This document shows, piece after piece, positions 13,001 through 25,504 of a stretch of DNA of 64,000 nt (positions are counted from its first letter, which is position 1; each line of letters opens with the position of its first letter). The notes under the pieces are model-generated. The model made no database searches. It saw nothing but the letters and a program-made list of their open reading frames with translations, and was not told where the DNA came from. The stretch is taken from the NCBI GenBank assembly GCA_021432655.1, contig MU271270.1, forward strand, positions 1 to 64,000. Reading direction: 5' to 3'. Made by a program: the position numbers and the translations under genes. The DNA comes from Atractiella rhizophila (Eukaryota).

Positions 13001-14744
13001 CGTTCCACGCTCGTTAGCTACCTCAGCCATACCCACTAACAGCTCGAGAGCCATCTGTCGAATTTCATCCAGATCCGTCATCATAGCAAGAAGAGGGTTT
13101 GGGTCTTTCGGAGGATTCGAAGGCGAATGTAGAGCAAGAATGTCTAAAAGCAGCGCGGTGTATTGTTGTAGCGCTTGGAGAGGGAGGGCTAGTCTGAGAG
13201 CTGGAGGTGCGGGTACAGAAAAGAGAGAGCAAAGGCTGAGAAGAGAAGAGAGAAGGCGGGAGTGGGAAGACGTCGCGTGAAATGTTTTCAAAATTGAAAA
13301 CATCAGTGGGAGTAGGCGATTGACGATCTGAACGTCTTCATCCAGCGAATTGTGTTCCATTCGGATCAGTGAAACGCTCGTTTTCAGCGCCGCTATCCGA
13401 ACCTTGATAGCGCGTTAACGCAATCTGTGGAGAAGAAGAAGAGCCCTACAGTTGGCGAATCATCTTCTAAGCCTTTGGCATAGTGTTCAGGCGGTATATA
13501 AGGAATATGGAAGTGAACTTTATCAAGGACAAGAAAGACGGCTTCTCGCTTGCTGCTGAATGTCCTCTCAATCAGTCGACTGAGCAGTTCCAACAGACGA
13601 TCCCAATCCTCTGTTCCACGCAATCAAAGAACACCTGGCTGATGGGTGAAAAAAACTACCGCTTCTGCTGACGGCGGCTCTTGCGAACTCCCCAACACAA
13701 TCAGCAACCGCGTGTCTCTCGCGCTCCTTCCTCCAATTCCCTTCATCAGCCAAACATTCCAGCAGGCCATCCAGGACGTAGGATCTTGATCTGTCCGAGA
13801 GAACATCCCAAATTTGGTCCAGAGAAGTTGGTCGTTTTGTTTTTCGGTGAGCTTTCGCGACACTTTCAGAGAGGGGTCGGAAGGAGAGACGACGCAGGAG
13901 AACAAGGACGAAGATTCGCATCTAGGGGTAACAACATTATCAATGCCCATTCTCATTAATATTGACGCTAAGTATCGCTAAAGCTACATAAGTGCGCAAA
14001 TTGTGATGCTTCGGTTTCATTGCGCTTCGGCGTGCAAACACTGTTCACAATAAGCAGCTGGAAGCCCATAGAAAGCATTGCTACAGCAACGCTTAAATGC
14101 AGAAAGGTTGGCACCACAATCAACTGAAAGCACCGCATCTGATGGCAGCTCTTGACAGCCGTTGATTCCGACAGCAGGAGCAAACAACGCAGTTTAGCAT
14201 ATTCTGTATACAGTCTGCCAACACTGAGAGTAGTGTGAGTAGGCATCGAACCAGATAAACAATTACAAAGGCATAAGCTATAGAGGGCTTGCTGCTGAAT
14301 AGATATGGTCCAGTGCTGAGATCAGCTCGCTCCCTCAGCTTAAACGCTTCGACAAAGGGAGTTAGGCAGATATATTTGCCTCAAGATGTTATATTGGAGC
14401 ATTTGAACATCTGAACATCTTTAGCTATCGAATGAGCCGCAACTGCACTTCAATGGTAGTTGCAAGCTCCACAAAGTCCGTAACCAAGTCCGATTGCATC
14501 TCGACAGCTCCATTCCTTTCCTCCGTCCAAGCTGAATCAAGGCACTCACAGTCTCGCCATCTTCACCATCGGATTTCGGATAGCTCTTAGCGGTATCCAC
14601 AAGGCATTTCAGGGTATCGTCAGGTCGACTAGCAAGGTGGTTCGCCGTCAGTTCCGCCTCCGCATGGTCTCTCTCTGGTCCAGACGAAGATACAAGTGTT
14701 TCAAGGAGGGGAACAATGTTGAGAGGGATATCGGACAGCGACAT
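10074..14744 (-). CDS. Importin-beta family karyopherin (importin-5/Kap121-like), HEAT repeats, multi-exon
   Basis: N-terminal ERDHAEAEL and VLLRRL; AETALDRLAVSFG; WKKRLAALGAIGAMADGC; DENVRVRHGAIYALAELCSD; AVCSYGIGMMAAFGG-type segment; ARDNAVS. Confidence 0.85.
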
Positions 14745-15094
14745 CTTTGAGGAATACGGAAACTGTTGCTTTTGTGGTCGCTGGGGAGAACTAAGATCGT
14801 AGTGACATAAACACTACGGCGAATGAGACTAAGATTAGATCCCTGTGCGGGAGCTAAACTCCAAAACAAAACAACGACGCGTGTTTGGCAATCAGCACAT
14901 TTCCAGCGCTTCCTCCATCCTCTCGCCCTCAAACACCTCCCAACGCCTTTCTTCTATCTCTTCTCGTCACTCTTTACCCGAAATTTGGGGGTCATTTCAT
15001 CCGGTTTCTCCGATTGGTGAAGTTCTTCGAACTTGGTGAGCTTTTCTGTTGTTCTAGTGTGGTTTGATGTAACGGGGTGTGTGATGGGTTCATT

Positions 15095-17822
15095 ATGAAG
15101 CCTTCGTCCCCTAGGGACTCATTATTCTTTCTGAAGAGTTTGAAGAAAAAGGGAGGAATGACCTCTCGCCCAGTCTCTCCCTTTTCCTTTGCACCGACAA
15201 CGCCAAACATCAGACCCGTCTCCAGACAATCTTTCATCTCTACCCTCGCTCCAGCAAGAGTCTCAGTTGTCGAAAATGAAGACGTGATCCTTATTTCTCG
15301 ACTTGCGCACGCGAACAGTGAGGACGCGAGCGACCAGCTGAAACGCAGAAACATGGAGAGGAGGTGGAGATTCCGGTCAGGGATGCCATTCGTCCAGCGT
15401 CCAGGGCGAGCTCAAGGCAATCACGACGCCAAAGAGTTATATCGGCTGCAAGTTCGAGGATATCTCTTCGTTCTGGAGCAGGAGGAGAGGAGAGACAGCT
15501 GGGGAAGAGGAAGCTGTCTGTTTGGTCCCGAGGTTCAGCAGCGAACCTTCCATATACAGCTGAGGAGGGAGGTAAAGATGGCGGGAAGACGATGGGAAAG
15601 GCAAATTGGGAATATGAGTTTGAGGATGATGAAGAGTTGGAGCAAGCAATGGATGAGGACTACGAGAGGTACTTGAAGAAGTTAACAGATCTGAGACTTA
15701 AACAGAGAAGGAGTTGGTTATTGAGTAAAGCAAAGGAAGAAGTGGGTTTGAGAATACTTCCAAAGGTATATTGATCTCACAAATCTGGAACCTTGCTTGA
15801 CCATGCCTGCAGCCGAACTTACCGATCAATCGACCAGCCCCACCACTCTACCCTCTCCATTCCCCCTACTCTCGTCCCACCAGTGCCCTCTCCTCCCACG
15901 AACATCGTCCCACGAGCCCGCTCTCTCAGTATTCGGAAGACACGCGATCAAATGGTCCTGGAAGGCGAATGTCAAACGAGACGTCTCTCTCCTACGGAAC
16001 TAGCTCGATGGGCCCCCGCACCCCGTATCGAGGACAAAGGGCGGGCAGCTCGCTGTCTTTCTACGCAGAAAGCAGCAGGCATGGGCACGCCTCGAACGCT
16101 TCGGACTCTTCGCACGGTCATACAAAAAACGGTCGTCCTTCCACATCGCTTGGTTTTCACGGAGCAGGCATCCCTCCACCGTCTCCTGCGATGTCGCCAT
16201 CATCGTTCCACGGCATTTATTCAACCCCGCGTCGATCGACACCTAAGTCGAGCAGGGGTTCGCAGTTCCTTCTCAATGACTTTGATGATCCGGAGCGAGA
16301 AGAATATCTCAGCAGCGGCATCATTCAGGCTCTCACTGATGATGAAGGATCGCTATCATCAGACCATCAATTCGTCAGGAAGGTTCGATTTCCGGATGAA
16401 GAGGTTGGAGAGATCGGAACAGAGGGAGACGAGACACTTCAGGAGCAGAGTATTACTGCTAAGCTTCCGAATGGGAACGCGGCCGCAGATGGACCGACCC
16501 CTAGGAGCTCGCCACGGAAAGGCTTCGCAAATACTGAGAGCCCGAATGCGAAACCTCAACGAAGCTTCTCAGCGGCGGAGAAGGGAAAAGCAAAGGCGAG
16601 ACAATCAGATGAGTTCTGGTTATCCAATTCCTCTTCCTCTCACAATGAAGCGACGATCAAAGTTGGAACGGGAACCGGGACTTCGATCTTGGACTACCTC
16701 AAACTCGCTACGCAGGAAAAGAGGAGCGTCTCGCCTTTACCGGGCAAGGTTCGCAGTGACTATGACGACGTGGGACCCGCATCTTTGAAGGCGGCCGAGC
16801 AGAGGAAGCAACAGAGTGAAACTGGTCATGGCAACACTCAACCAGAGATCGAGGTTGTGCGGAAACCTAGTTGGCTAAGGAGCAAAACGAGCCTTAGGGA
16901 CGTCTTTGGCGCTTTCCATAAACGTCCACAATCCTCTGTGAATCTGCACACCCCACCACGAACAGAAGAGCCTCGTCCCAGCCACAGCCGCTCGCAATCT
17001 TGGAATCTGCTTGACGAAACAAGTCGGCATCGAACCCAGAATTCAATCGACGATCCTATTCTTCGCGCTGTTATGAAAGCTGCAGTGAACAAGAGGAGAG
17101 AAGAAGACGTAGAGAAAGAGAAGGCTGCGCGTCAACACGGCCGCAACGCTTCGAGCCAGAGCGCCGGCTCGCAAAGGGGACGTGGTGCCTTCACGCTCAT
17201 CCAAAGAATGGCAAGGCGGGGACGGTCTTCCGTCGATTCCTCTCACTCTAACGCTACAGCAGCTACTCTCGCGAACACTTCTGGAGGAGACACGACGCTT
17301 GTAGAAGCGCCGACTCCTGAACACTCCCCAAGAGAACTCGATGAGAAGGAGACGGAGAATCTTAGGTCATCGACTGGAACGGAAAACCTGCGGTCCTCAA
17401 CTGGCACGAATGCGACCATGAAAGTGAAACGACGAAGTCGACACTTCTCTGGAATTCCCTTCAGTTTTCGCCAATCCAATTCTAATGGAAGCCATGAATC
17501 CGTCCTTCCAGTTGAGGATCCTAATGAGTGGGTTCAAGTTCAGGTCGAAGATGTGGACCCGAACTCCCCAGATGTTGATTTCAACCAGGGTGAAGAAGAG
17601 CTCTGGCTTTTCACCGGAAAGGCGGCTGAGAGCGTAAAGAAGCTGCGGGAGAAGTTAAGGCCATCTGTTCTTCCTCAACCTGCAGAAAGCATGGGCAAGG
17701 CGGCGGGGAAGAGGCGAAAGAGATGGAGAAGGGTGACGAGCGGAGAGATTAGGATTGGAGATGAAGAAACTGGCGAGATGGGAGAGAAACTCCAACCGTC
17801 AACAGTGGCCATCACTGTTTAA
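15095..17822 (+). CDS. Hypothetical Ser/Arg-rich, largely disordered protein with two introns
   Basis: ORFs 15077, 15364 and 15969 can be joined in frame by introns at about 15284-15348 and 15742-15812; no recognisable domain. Confidence 0.65.
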
Positions 17823-18705
17823 GGACAATGAGAGGGAGCAATGGAAGCATTGCGCTTCTACTCTTGCTATTCGACTTATGAGGAAAACAAAACTTGGAAC
17901 GACCTCATTCTTTTTATAACGATATTGACGAATACACACGTCTTCGAAAGCTTCTTGTGCTGCTTTGGTTTTTTTTCTTTTCAACGGCAGCGTTGCTGCT
18001 CTATTTCCCTTTAGTCGGATTTGTGTTTTTGAGTATTTTTCCTTTAGCCACTTACACCATCGGTTTCCCTCGATACTTGCGTACCGTGTTGTTCTCATAA
18101 TCAACTTTTTAGTTGAGTTCTTGTCCTTACTTTGGCTTGACATTTCAACATTGTCCGTAGAGCAAGACTCGTTTCACTTTTGAAGTGGACTGTGTATTGC
18201 TTATACGATCGCAGGTAAAATTAATGAAGGGCTGGCTAGTTTATAGGATTTCAGAGCACAGAAACAGTAACTTCATTGGAATGACTCCTCCACCACGATT
18301 CCATGTAACCGGGAAAACAAATTAATTAATTAAAACTCATTAACTTTCATTGAAAATGTCGGTAGGTCCTAACACTGCACACACCACGGAGAGATGTGTG
18401 CGCTCTAACATCCATCCTTTCAATCTTCGCAACCTTGAATCTCCATGCCATGCTTAGGACTGAGAATGGCAGGAACTGTCTTTGAAAGGTGCGTGTCTGC
18501 TCATCACGTTCTTGTTTGCTCTCCTTCACTCGAAGAAACAACTACTTCGCTCCGCACAAACGTAACAAATGATATTGATCGATAGATCGGGGTATCAACT
18601 TCCAACATGCAAAGATCGGAAACAAACGACGTGCAAAATGGGGTGTGAACAAACACCGTTAAACAAACTCTTCCTTCCCTTGTCACATATCCATCATCAA
18701 AACTC

Positions 18706-19308
18706 TCACCTCGTCTCATTCGCACTCTCGTCTTCGTCCTCTCTCCTGCTTCCAACAAGTTGTAAATCGCTTCCAAAACCCAGACACTTCAGATCTTCCC
18801 ATACCTCCTCCTCTCCTTGATTCCGACAGGAGTCACTCCACCATTCTTTGAAGCCATCCCACGTCAATTCTCCCTTGTCATTGGTGGAAAAACTGTCGGT
18901 TAAGGAGGTGATGGAATTTTCTGGAGTTTGGTCTCCTTGTTCTGACGCAGGAGTTGGAGAGAGTGGAGGAGCGGGAGAGAGAGGGTGGGACGGCGGAGAA
19001 AGGTCTAGTAAGAGTGTTTGGAGCTGTGAAGAGGAGAGAGAAAGTTTGGATAGCTTTTGGGCATCCGTCGATGAGGATGGAGGAGGAAAAGAAACTGGAG
19101 GGATGGACGGACGGCGTCCCGTCCGTGAAAAAGCGTCTGGGAGGGCATTGTATAGCAGAAAAATGTATAGAAGCGCTACTTCGAACTGAGAAAAGAAGTG
19201 AGCAGGTGTTGGTACGCGAGGGAGAAGAGGAACAGAACAGACTTTTGGAGTCAAATTGCCCTTGGAATCCAGGAGAGATTCGAAAACTGGTTTTTCCCAG
19301 GGCGTCAT
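18706..19308 (-). CDS. Hypothetical protein with an EF-hand-like C-terminal segment
   Basis: MTPWEKPVFESLLDSKGNLTPK/FEVALLYIF ... FSTNDKGELTWDGFKEWWSD ... EEEVWEDLKCLGF; 3' end uncertain. Confidence 0.6.
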   Translation of the reverse strand: MTPWEKPVFESLLDSKGNLTPKVCSVPLLPRVPTPAHFFSQFEVALLYIFLLYNALPDAFSRTGRRPSIPPVSFPPPSSSTDAQKLSKLSLSSSQLQTLLLDLSPPSHPLSPAPPLSPTPASEQGDQTPENSITSLTDSFSTNDKGELTWDGFKEWWSDSCRNQGEEEVWEDLKCLGFGSDLQLVGSRREDEDESANETR

Positions 19309-19500
19309 AGGCCGAGGAGGTGCTGAAACTTTTCCTGCACGCTGCATCGTTGATGATATTACTGGCTGGCTGGATATGGGCGCGATTGGGCAGCGATTTT
19401 GAAGGGCAACAAGAACAGCTGCGGATCCTTATTGTCCATCATGTAGTCTGGTTCTACCAATTAGTGATGCCCTCAACGCGGGATCAAACACGTCGATCGA

Positions 19501-20364
19501 ATGGAGGACGAAGAACAACAAAACGAGGAAACTCCTCTTATCAGACCAGCAGAAACTCAACATGGAGCTGATGGAGTCAGCCCAAGAAAGCTGAGAGTAC
19601 GCGAAAGATTGGAGTCGCCGTGGACGCATCGTTTTATTATTAGTCTGGTTAGTTGAACTTCTCAGTTTCGTCGCAGAGAAATTGTTACTCACGTTGAATA
19701 TAGACCGTCATAGATGCAATCTGCGTGATCTCTGAAATCGCTTACGACCTCCTCACGTTGGAAAAACATTGTCGTTGTCCTGATGGAGGTGGTACTCCGG
19801 AAAGACATGATATGAAGGAGCCACTGCCGATTGAGATTCTATCAAGAATCAGTTTGGGTATCACCGCTGTATTTGTGCTGGAGTAAGTGACAAGTTACTT
19901 GCTCTTATCCTGATGGTGTGCACTGAAATTTGTGGAACTAGAATCTTGTTTACTGTCTACGCCTTCGGATTTTCACATTACATCCCTTGGAGGGTCGAAC
20001 ACGGCTTCCTCCACTTCTTGGACGCAACAGTCATTCTGTAAATCTCTCCTCTATCCTCTCTTTCATGCCCTCTCTCACTTCACCGAGTCCTGTTCTAATT
20101 CATATCGTATTTGCGATCACCGACAACAGCACCACCTTCGTGCTCGAGCTCATCCTTCCTCCCTCACTCTCCTCCATCACCTCGCTCCTCATCCTCCTCC
20201 GTTTATGGCGCATCGTCAAACTGGTTTCTGGAGTTAGCATGGCGGTTAATGATTTGGGTGATGAGGGAAAGGAGAGGCAGATCTTGGAGCTCAAGAGGGA
20301 GATTGAGGTTTTGAAAGCTAAAAATAACAATGGAGGACAGGTAACTGTGACTGCTCCAGCTTGA
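19501..20364 (+). CDS. Voltage-gated proton channel Hv1-like, three introns
   Basis: S1 FIISL/TVIDAICVISE (selectivity Asp), S2 TAVFVLE/IL, S3 LHFLDATVIL, S4 LLRLWRIVKL, short C-terminal coiled coil; no pore domain. Confidence 0.88.
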
Positions 20365-21765
20365 TGTTTGCCTTTCCTTCCTCTATTGTTATTCGCTCCT
20401 ATTCCGATGTTCAAGTTGACTCGTAAGAATGGACACTGAGATGAATGTGAATCCTGCCTTTGCATTTTTCATTCTTCATGAAGTTTGGCGCCGCCATCCT
20501 CGTCATCCTCCTTCCCGAGCGGCAAAGCGCAACGTCTTCATCAATGCACCATTTCGGACGCCCCCTTCTGATTGTTCGCTTGAAGTCTTTCCTCTCCTTT
20601 TCGCTCACTCGCCCCGTTGAATTCAAACTGTCGGAATATCGGAGAGACTTCCTTTGGAATAAAACAGCGATGACTCCCATCAGCAGCTCCTCCACTAAAT
20701 CACCATTTCGGCGATACAACACACGGAAGATCGTTCCCTAATTAGGATATTTCAGTTTTGCTGTGGGCCTGTGGTCAAAGCCTACTACGACCGATGTCTT
20801 TCTCTCTAGCGTTCCCGTGCCCGCTGCTTCGCCTTCCAAGTAATCCCCGGCAAGTGAGAGCTAGCGAGATGATCGAGATAATTCGATCGATGGGTCGAAA
20901 GATCTACCCTATCTCGCGTAAAACTAATGCTGGCAAGGCAAAGAAGAGGAAGGTGGGATTGCTCGGGATTGGAGCACTCCCGCACACATGCTTACCGGGC
21001 CCATGGGTGCGACGTACTCCACGAACCGTAGCATCAAATATGTTATTATTTTCAAAAGGACAAGCTTTGTATTATTGGATTTCGGGATGAAGTCGACAGA
21101 CAAGCTTACAGCTAGCTTACGGACGTGGAGATGCGTGAAGGGACAATAATAGCTGGCTTTCGAGCCGGACGATTATGAAAACCCCTTCTCCTTTGAATGT
21201 GAGTGCCAGGCTGAAATTATGACTTGAGATGCAACGGCGCCAGCAACGGACCTTTTTCACTACCCCTCGTACTTAACGTATCCTGCTCTCACTGCCCGGC
21301 GGCTCCGCGTTCGCGATGCAACAACTTGGCACTTTAGTCTCCCCCAGCCGTCAACGGCGAAACTCTCGGGAGAATTTTTGTCTCTCCCAGCAACAGTATG
21401 CAATTTGTTCGGACGTGTCACACTCAGTCTCGAACCGATTTGGATGTATGTTGCTGTTTTAGCAGCGCGGAGAGACTTTGCAAACTTCGGGATGCAGCGG
21501 GGCCCATCGTTTATATTGCAAGATTTAGGAAGCGGATTGTAAATCCTGGCGCGTAAATCCTGAGCAGCTTGTTCACCTTGCTTGTTCGCCGTCTTCACGC
21601 TCTGCGAAGAGGGTTCTGGGGACGGGCAGAAAGACCTTCTGATATGTATATAATGACCTGCCCACTTTGTTCCCCTGATGTTGACAGCCGGACAACTTTG
21701 AACCCTGATCGCACTCCTTCTATCCTGATATCTTACGTCAATCGAGATTCAGCCCACATCTCAGG

Positions 21766-24289
21766 ATGAGCCCTGCTCCCTCTACTTCTTCAGCATCTGC
21801 GGCGAAAGCTGCAAAAGGCGACAAGCCTAAAATTACGAGAAATCGAAAGTATCTAGCTTGCGACGTAAGCCAACACCTCCAACTTGCGACTTGACATGGT
21901 CAAAAACTGAGTTCGTGCATAGGCGTGTCGTTCGTGGAGAAGAAAGTGTCAACGAATAAATGATTCAGAGATTTGCGCAGGGTGTTCAGAGAGAAAAATC
22001 AAGTGAGCACTATCCTTAAATAAGCCGTCGCTCTGAGAAAGAACCTCGCTTTTATAGGTGCGAGACGACCTACATCCGCAAACCGCGAACGACTGAGAAA
22101 TCGTCTTCAAAACGCGTAGACACTGCGCGGTGAGTTTATAAATGTGCTTCTCGTCCGTCCTTATCTGTTGACTCTCCGTTAAAGATTGTTGTTTGGCGAT
22201 GGCGACACATTATGCCAGCTACCTCCTTTGAACGCGACGTTTCCGGTCACATCTCGATCCTCACCTGCTTTAATCCGCGCACTTCCTCAGGATGTCCAAG
22301 GTGGGCTTCTCGCTGCATGCTTTGAGTCCGCCTCATGGACAAGTCGTAGCCGTATCGATGGGTCTTCTACACCCCACCACGTCTTATGGTACGAATCCAA
22401 ATCTTCAAAGTCGCTACAATGAGGTATGGATTGGGTCCCCAGTCCGTATTAGGTCTCACATGGTGTTGCAGGCACTGATGAATCTTCACATGAATCAAGA
22501 CTCACGAGGAGCACTACCGCCACTGGTGAGAAATATTTAGTTTTCCTTCTCCCAGGTACTGATGTTTTATCCAGACCTTCGCTTCTGTCGCCTCACTGAC
22601 AGCATCACAAAATCAAAATCATGACAATTCTTCCAAACCCATGCGTGAATCTGCCGCACGGTTGCTCATGCTTAGTTCCATTCGAAAATTCCAAAATCAT
22701 CCTCGCATCGCCACACCAACTCGTCAAAGCATTTACATCCTATTAACATTTATTCAAGAGACATGGAATACCATGACAGAGGAATGCGTCCCTTTCTTGG
22801 TCACCACGGTCCAGTATTTTCGCGTTTTATGGAACGATTGTCAGGACGCCTTGGAAAAAGAGAGGCTTAGGGAGCTAGGTTTTACATTGCTGGTGAGCGT
22901 CAAGAAATCGTGATATCCGTTCGCTTATTGATTCTGTAGGCATTTGACAATTGCATAGCGCAACGACTCCGACGGCTACCTCTCCTCACAGATCAAGAAA
23001 TCGACCAGTACTTCACCACCGTGTCGGTCCCAGGAACACTTTACCGTGATCCGCTTAGCGTCTACCAACTGCCAACTCCAATTACTCTCACACAGCAGAT
23101 GAGGATCACCTGCGCTTCTCTGGAATGCGTCAAACGTAGCCTAGCCATAGCGTGTTCGTCCTCCACCTTTTCCCTCCAGACTTCCATTTGATCACAATGA
23201 ACAGCCGCGACGCTTCAAATCGCGACTTTTTCTCAAGGAACGGACGTCCTCATGCGATTACGGTCCATAATTCAGCGAAGAGCTCAATGGCGGCGAGACT
23301 GTTTCAAACCAGTAGGAATTACACCGCAAGTTACTTTTGTTGGGCCGGCTGGTGACGGTCAGTTCCTTTCACTTGCTTGTTGAGGATTTTTTGCTGAATT
23401 GGAGACCCAAAGAGCCTACGGTTTTGACGCGTTTGAATCAAGTCATGTCTTCGGAACAGTACTTTGACTTCTTCCTGCACCTTCAAGAATTCCTCCGCCG
23501 ATTTGACGTCCACATCAATGAGCCTGTAACAGCGACAATTGAGAATGACGACCTTCGACGACAAAATGCTCTCAGGGACATTTATCGACAGTGCGAGATG
23601 GAGGTCGAAACTCAATGGCCAGTTCTCGCAAGTTTCATACGTGCCAGCGATCAGGTCCGCATCATTCACCTTATTTGTTCTCTTACTATCAGATTTTACA
23701 GGCACGGCCATGGACTGCGTTCTGGGGCGAGTTCTTGATCGCAATGAACACGACTGGGGAGCAAGTCGACCCTATGTCAAGATTTGCCAAACACGCTCCA
23801 AAGTCAGATCCAGAGGAAGGCATTCAACGTAGTATTGTTTCGTATGCCCGTTCACTGTCTGTGAAGTATGATTCTCACAATATATAGGCTCATCGAAATC
23901 TGCAAGATCATCGGATGCCATCAAGCATCTTCTCTGGCTGCTTTTCGAAACACGTCTAGTTCTGAATTCGAACTCGAGCTCGAGCGTCTCTTATCAGGAA
24001 ACGTAGATCAATCACCACCCAGCTCTGTGCGCACTCTTTCAATTTGATTGAGAATATCCTAACGCTGGCGAATCAGGTATCGACAGACCTTTACGAGGAG
24101 CCGGAAGGATACGCAGATTTCCAGGATCTGATGACCACCTTTCCCTCTGCATTCGGCACTCCGCCTGAAAACGAACTCCCACTGTCCTCCTCCTCTTCCA
24201 CCGTTTCTTCTACTCTGCCGGCCGTACACGACTCTAATTCCAGTGCTCGAACCAGCTTTTCCATGCCAGAGGGAACAGAGAGGCCGTAG
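21766..24289 (+). CDS. Zn(II)2Cys6 fungal transcription factor, multi-exon
   Basis: Spliced ACD/ACRSWRRKCQRINDSEICAGCSERKIK/CETT gives C-x2-C-x6-C-x8-C-x2-C-x6-C. Confidence 0.85.
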
Positions 24290-25504
24290 ACCATCTCACC
24301 TGATCACCATCGAAGTTACATGGGTTCACTTCGTCTTTTTGCAGTTCACGGCGTCTCTGTTTGTCATTGCATTTGTTTCAGTAGCAGGGGTTCTGAGTAC
24401 CGGTGTCCGTATTATAAGTCCAGACAGTCCTCTCGAGCATGTAATCCTAATTGATCGTACACATAAAGCATCAATATCCCAACGCAATCTTACCTTATCC
24501 AAGTGTCATCACTAGCGTTCCTTCTGTAACCCCTCACTCGTACCTCACCTTCGAGTGCTCTTCTTCCTTTGATTAGTTCGTGTCATAGATCTTACAATTG
24601 TGCGAGCACCATTTGTCTCCAGGCTCAGGGACATAAGAATGGGTAGGGCAGACCGCCAACGCAACATGTCCGCTTTCACATTCACATTTTTACTTCTGGA
24701 ACAAAGTAGATCCTCACCTCGAGGATGACGGGTTTCCAACCCCGACAATGTTAGTTGGTCATTTGATCATGGAGCGACATCAGCATACATGAAGTGATGG
24801 ACCGCTTTCCAAGTCAAACCGAGGTAAGCACAATGGATTGGAAACATCATCTCCTGAGCCTGAGAATTCAACGCCAAGTTACCTTGATATGTTAACAGGC
24901 TACCGAACCCGGAAATTAGGTGCACTTCCTCCATTCTCCAGGCCGAACCAGAGAGGTCAGAGACATTCGTACTTCTGACTTCCTTAAATCGCATAATTTT
25001 TATCTTTGAAGCAACATCTCAAGCCAACGCATCATGGTATCGCAAAATAGACAAATAAATATCAAAAAACACACCAAGTTTCATGCGTTCGACAACGGAG
25101 CTCAATATCCAATATCCTCTTCAAGTCGGAAATGTACTAAAATAGAAAATCTTGACGACTTTCTGACTGTGACCTATAGTATGTACCGCAAGTCATTAAT
25201 CATTAATCATTATCTTCCATCTCATCTTCTACAGACTCTGCTTGGCCTTTCTTCTTGAGTATGCCTGTGCTCACCTCGCCGTTTTCGGCAGATCGGTTGG
25301 TGGAGTTTGTCGACTCGCCAAGACGTAACAGATCTCATACGCAGCTGGCTACCTCACAATAACGACCTCCTCCAACTTCGAATCTCCAATAGCTATAAGT
25401 TCTGACATTCTTGTCAGCCAGCACCTGCAACTATCTTGCTCTAGACGGCGGTACAGCTCTCGAAAATCGGCGTTTAAAGCAACTCCAACATTAACTACAG
25501 CGGG

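Noticed and set aside
15793..16788. 331-aa ORF overlapping the 617-aa ORF
   Set aside because: Alternative frame of a Ser/Arg-rich exon; no domain or independent gene signals
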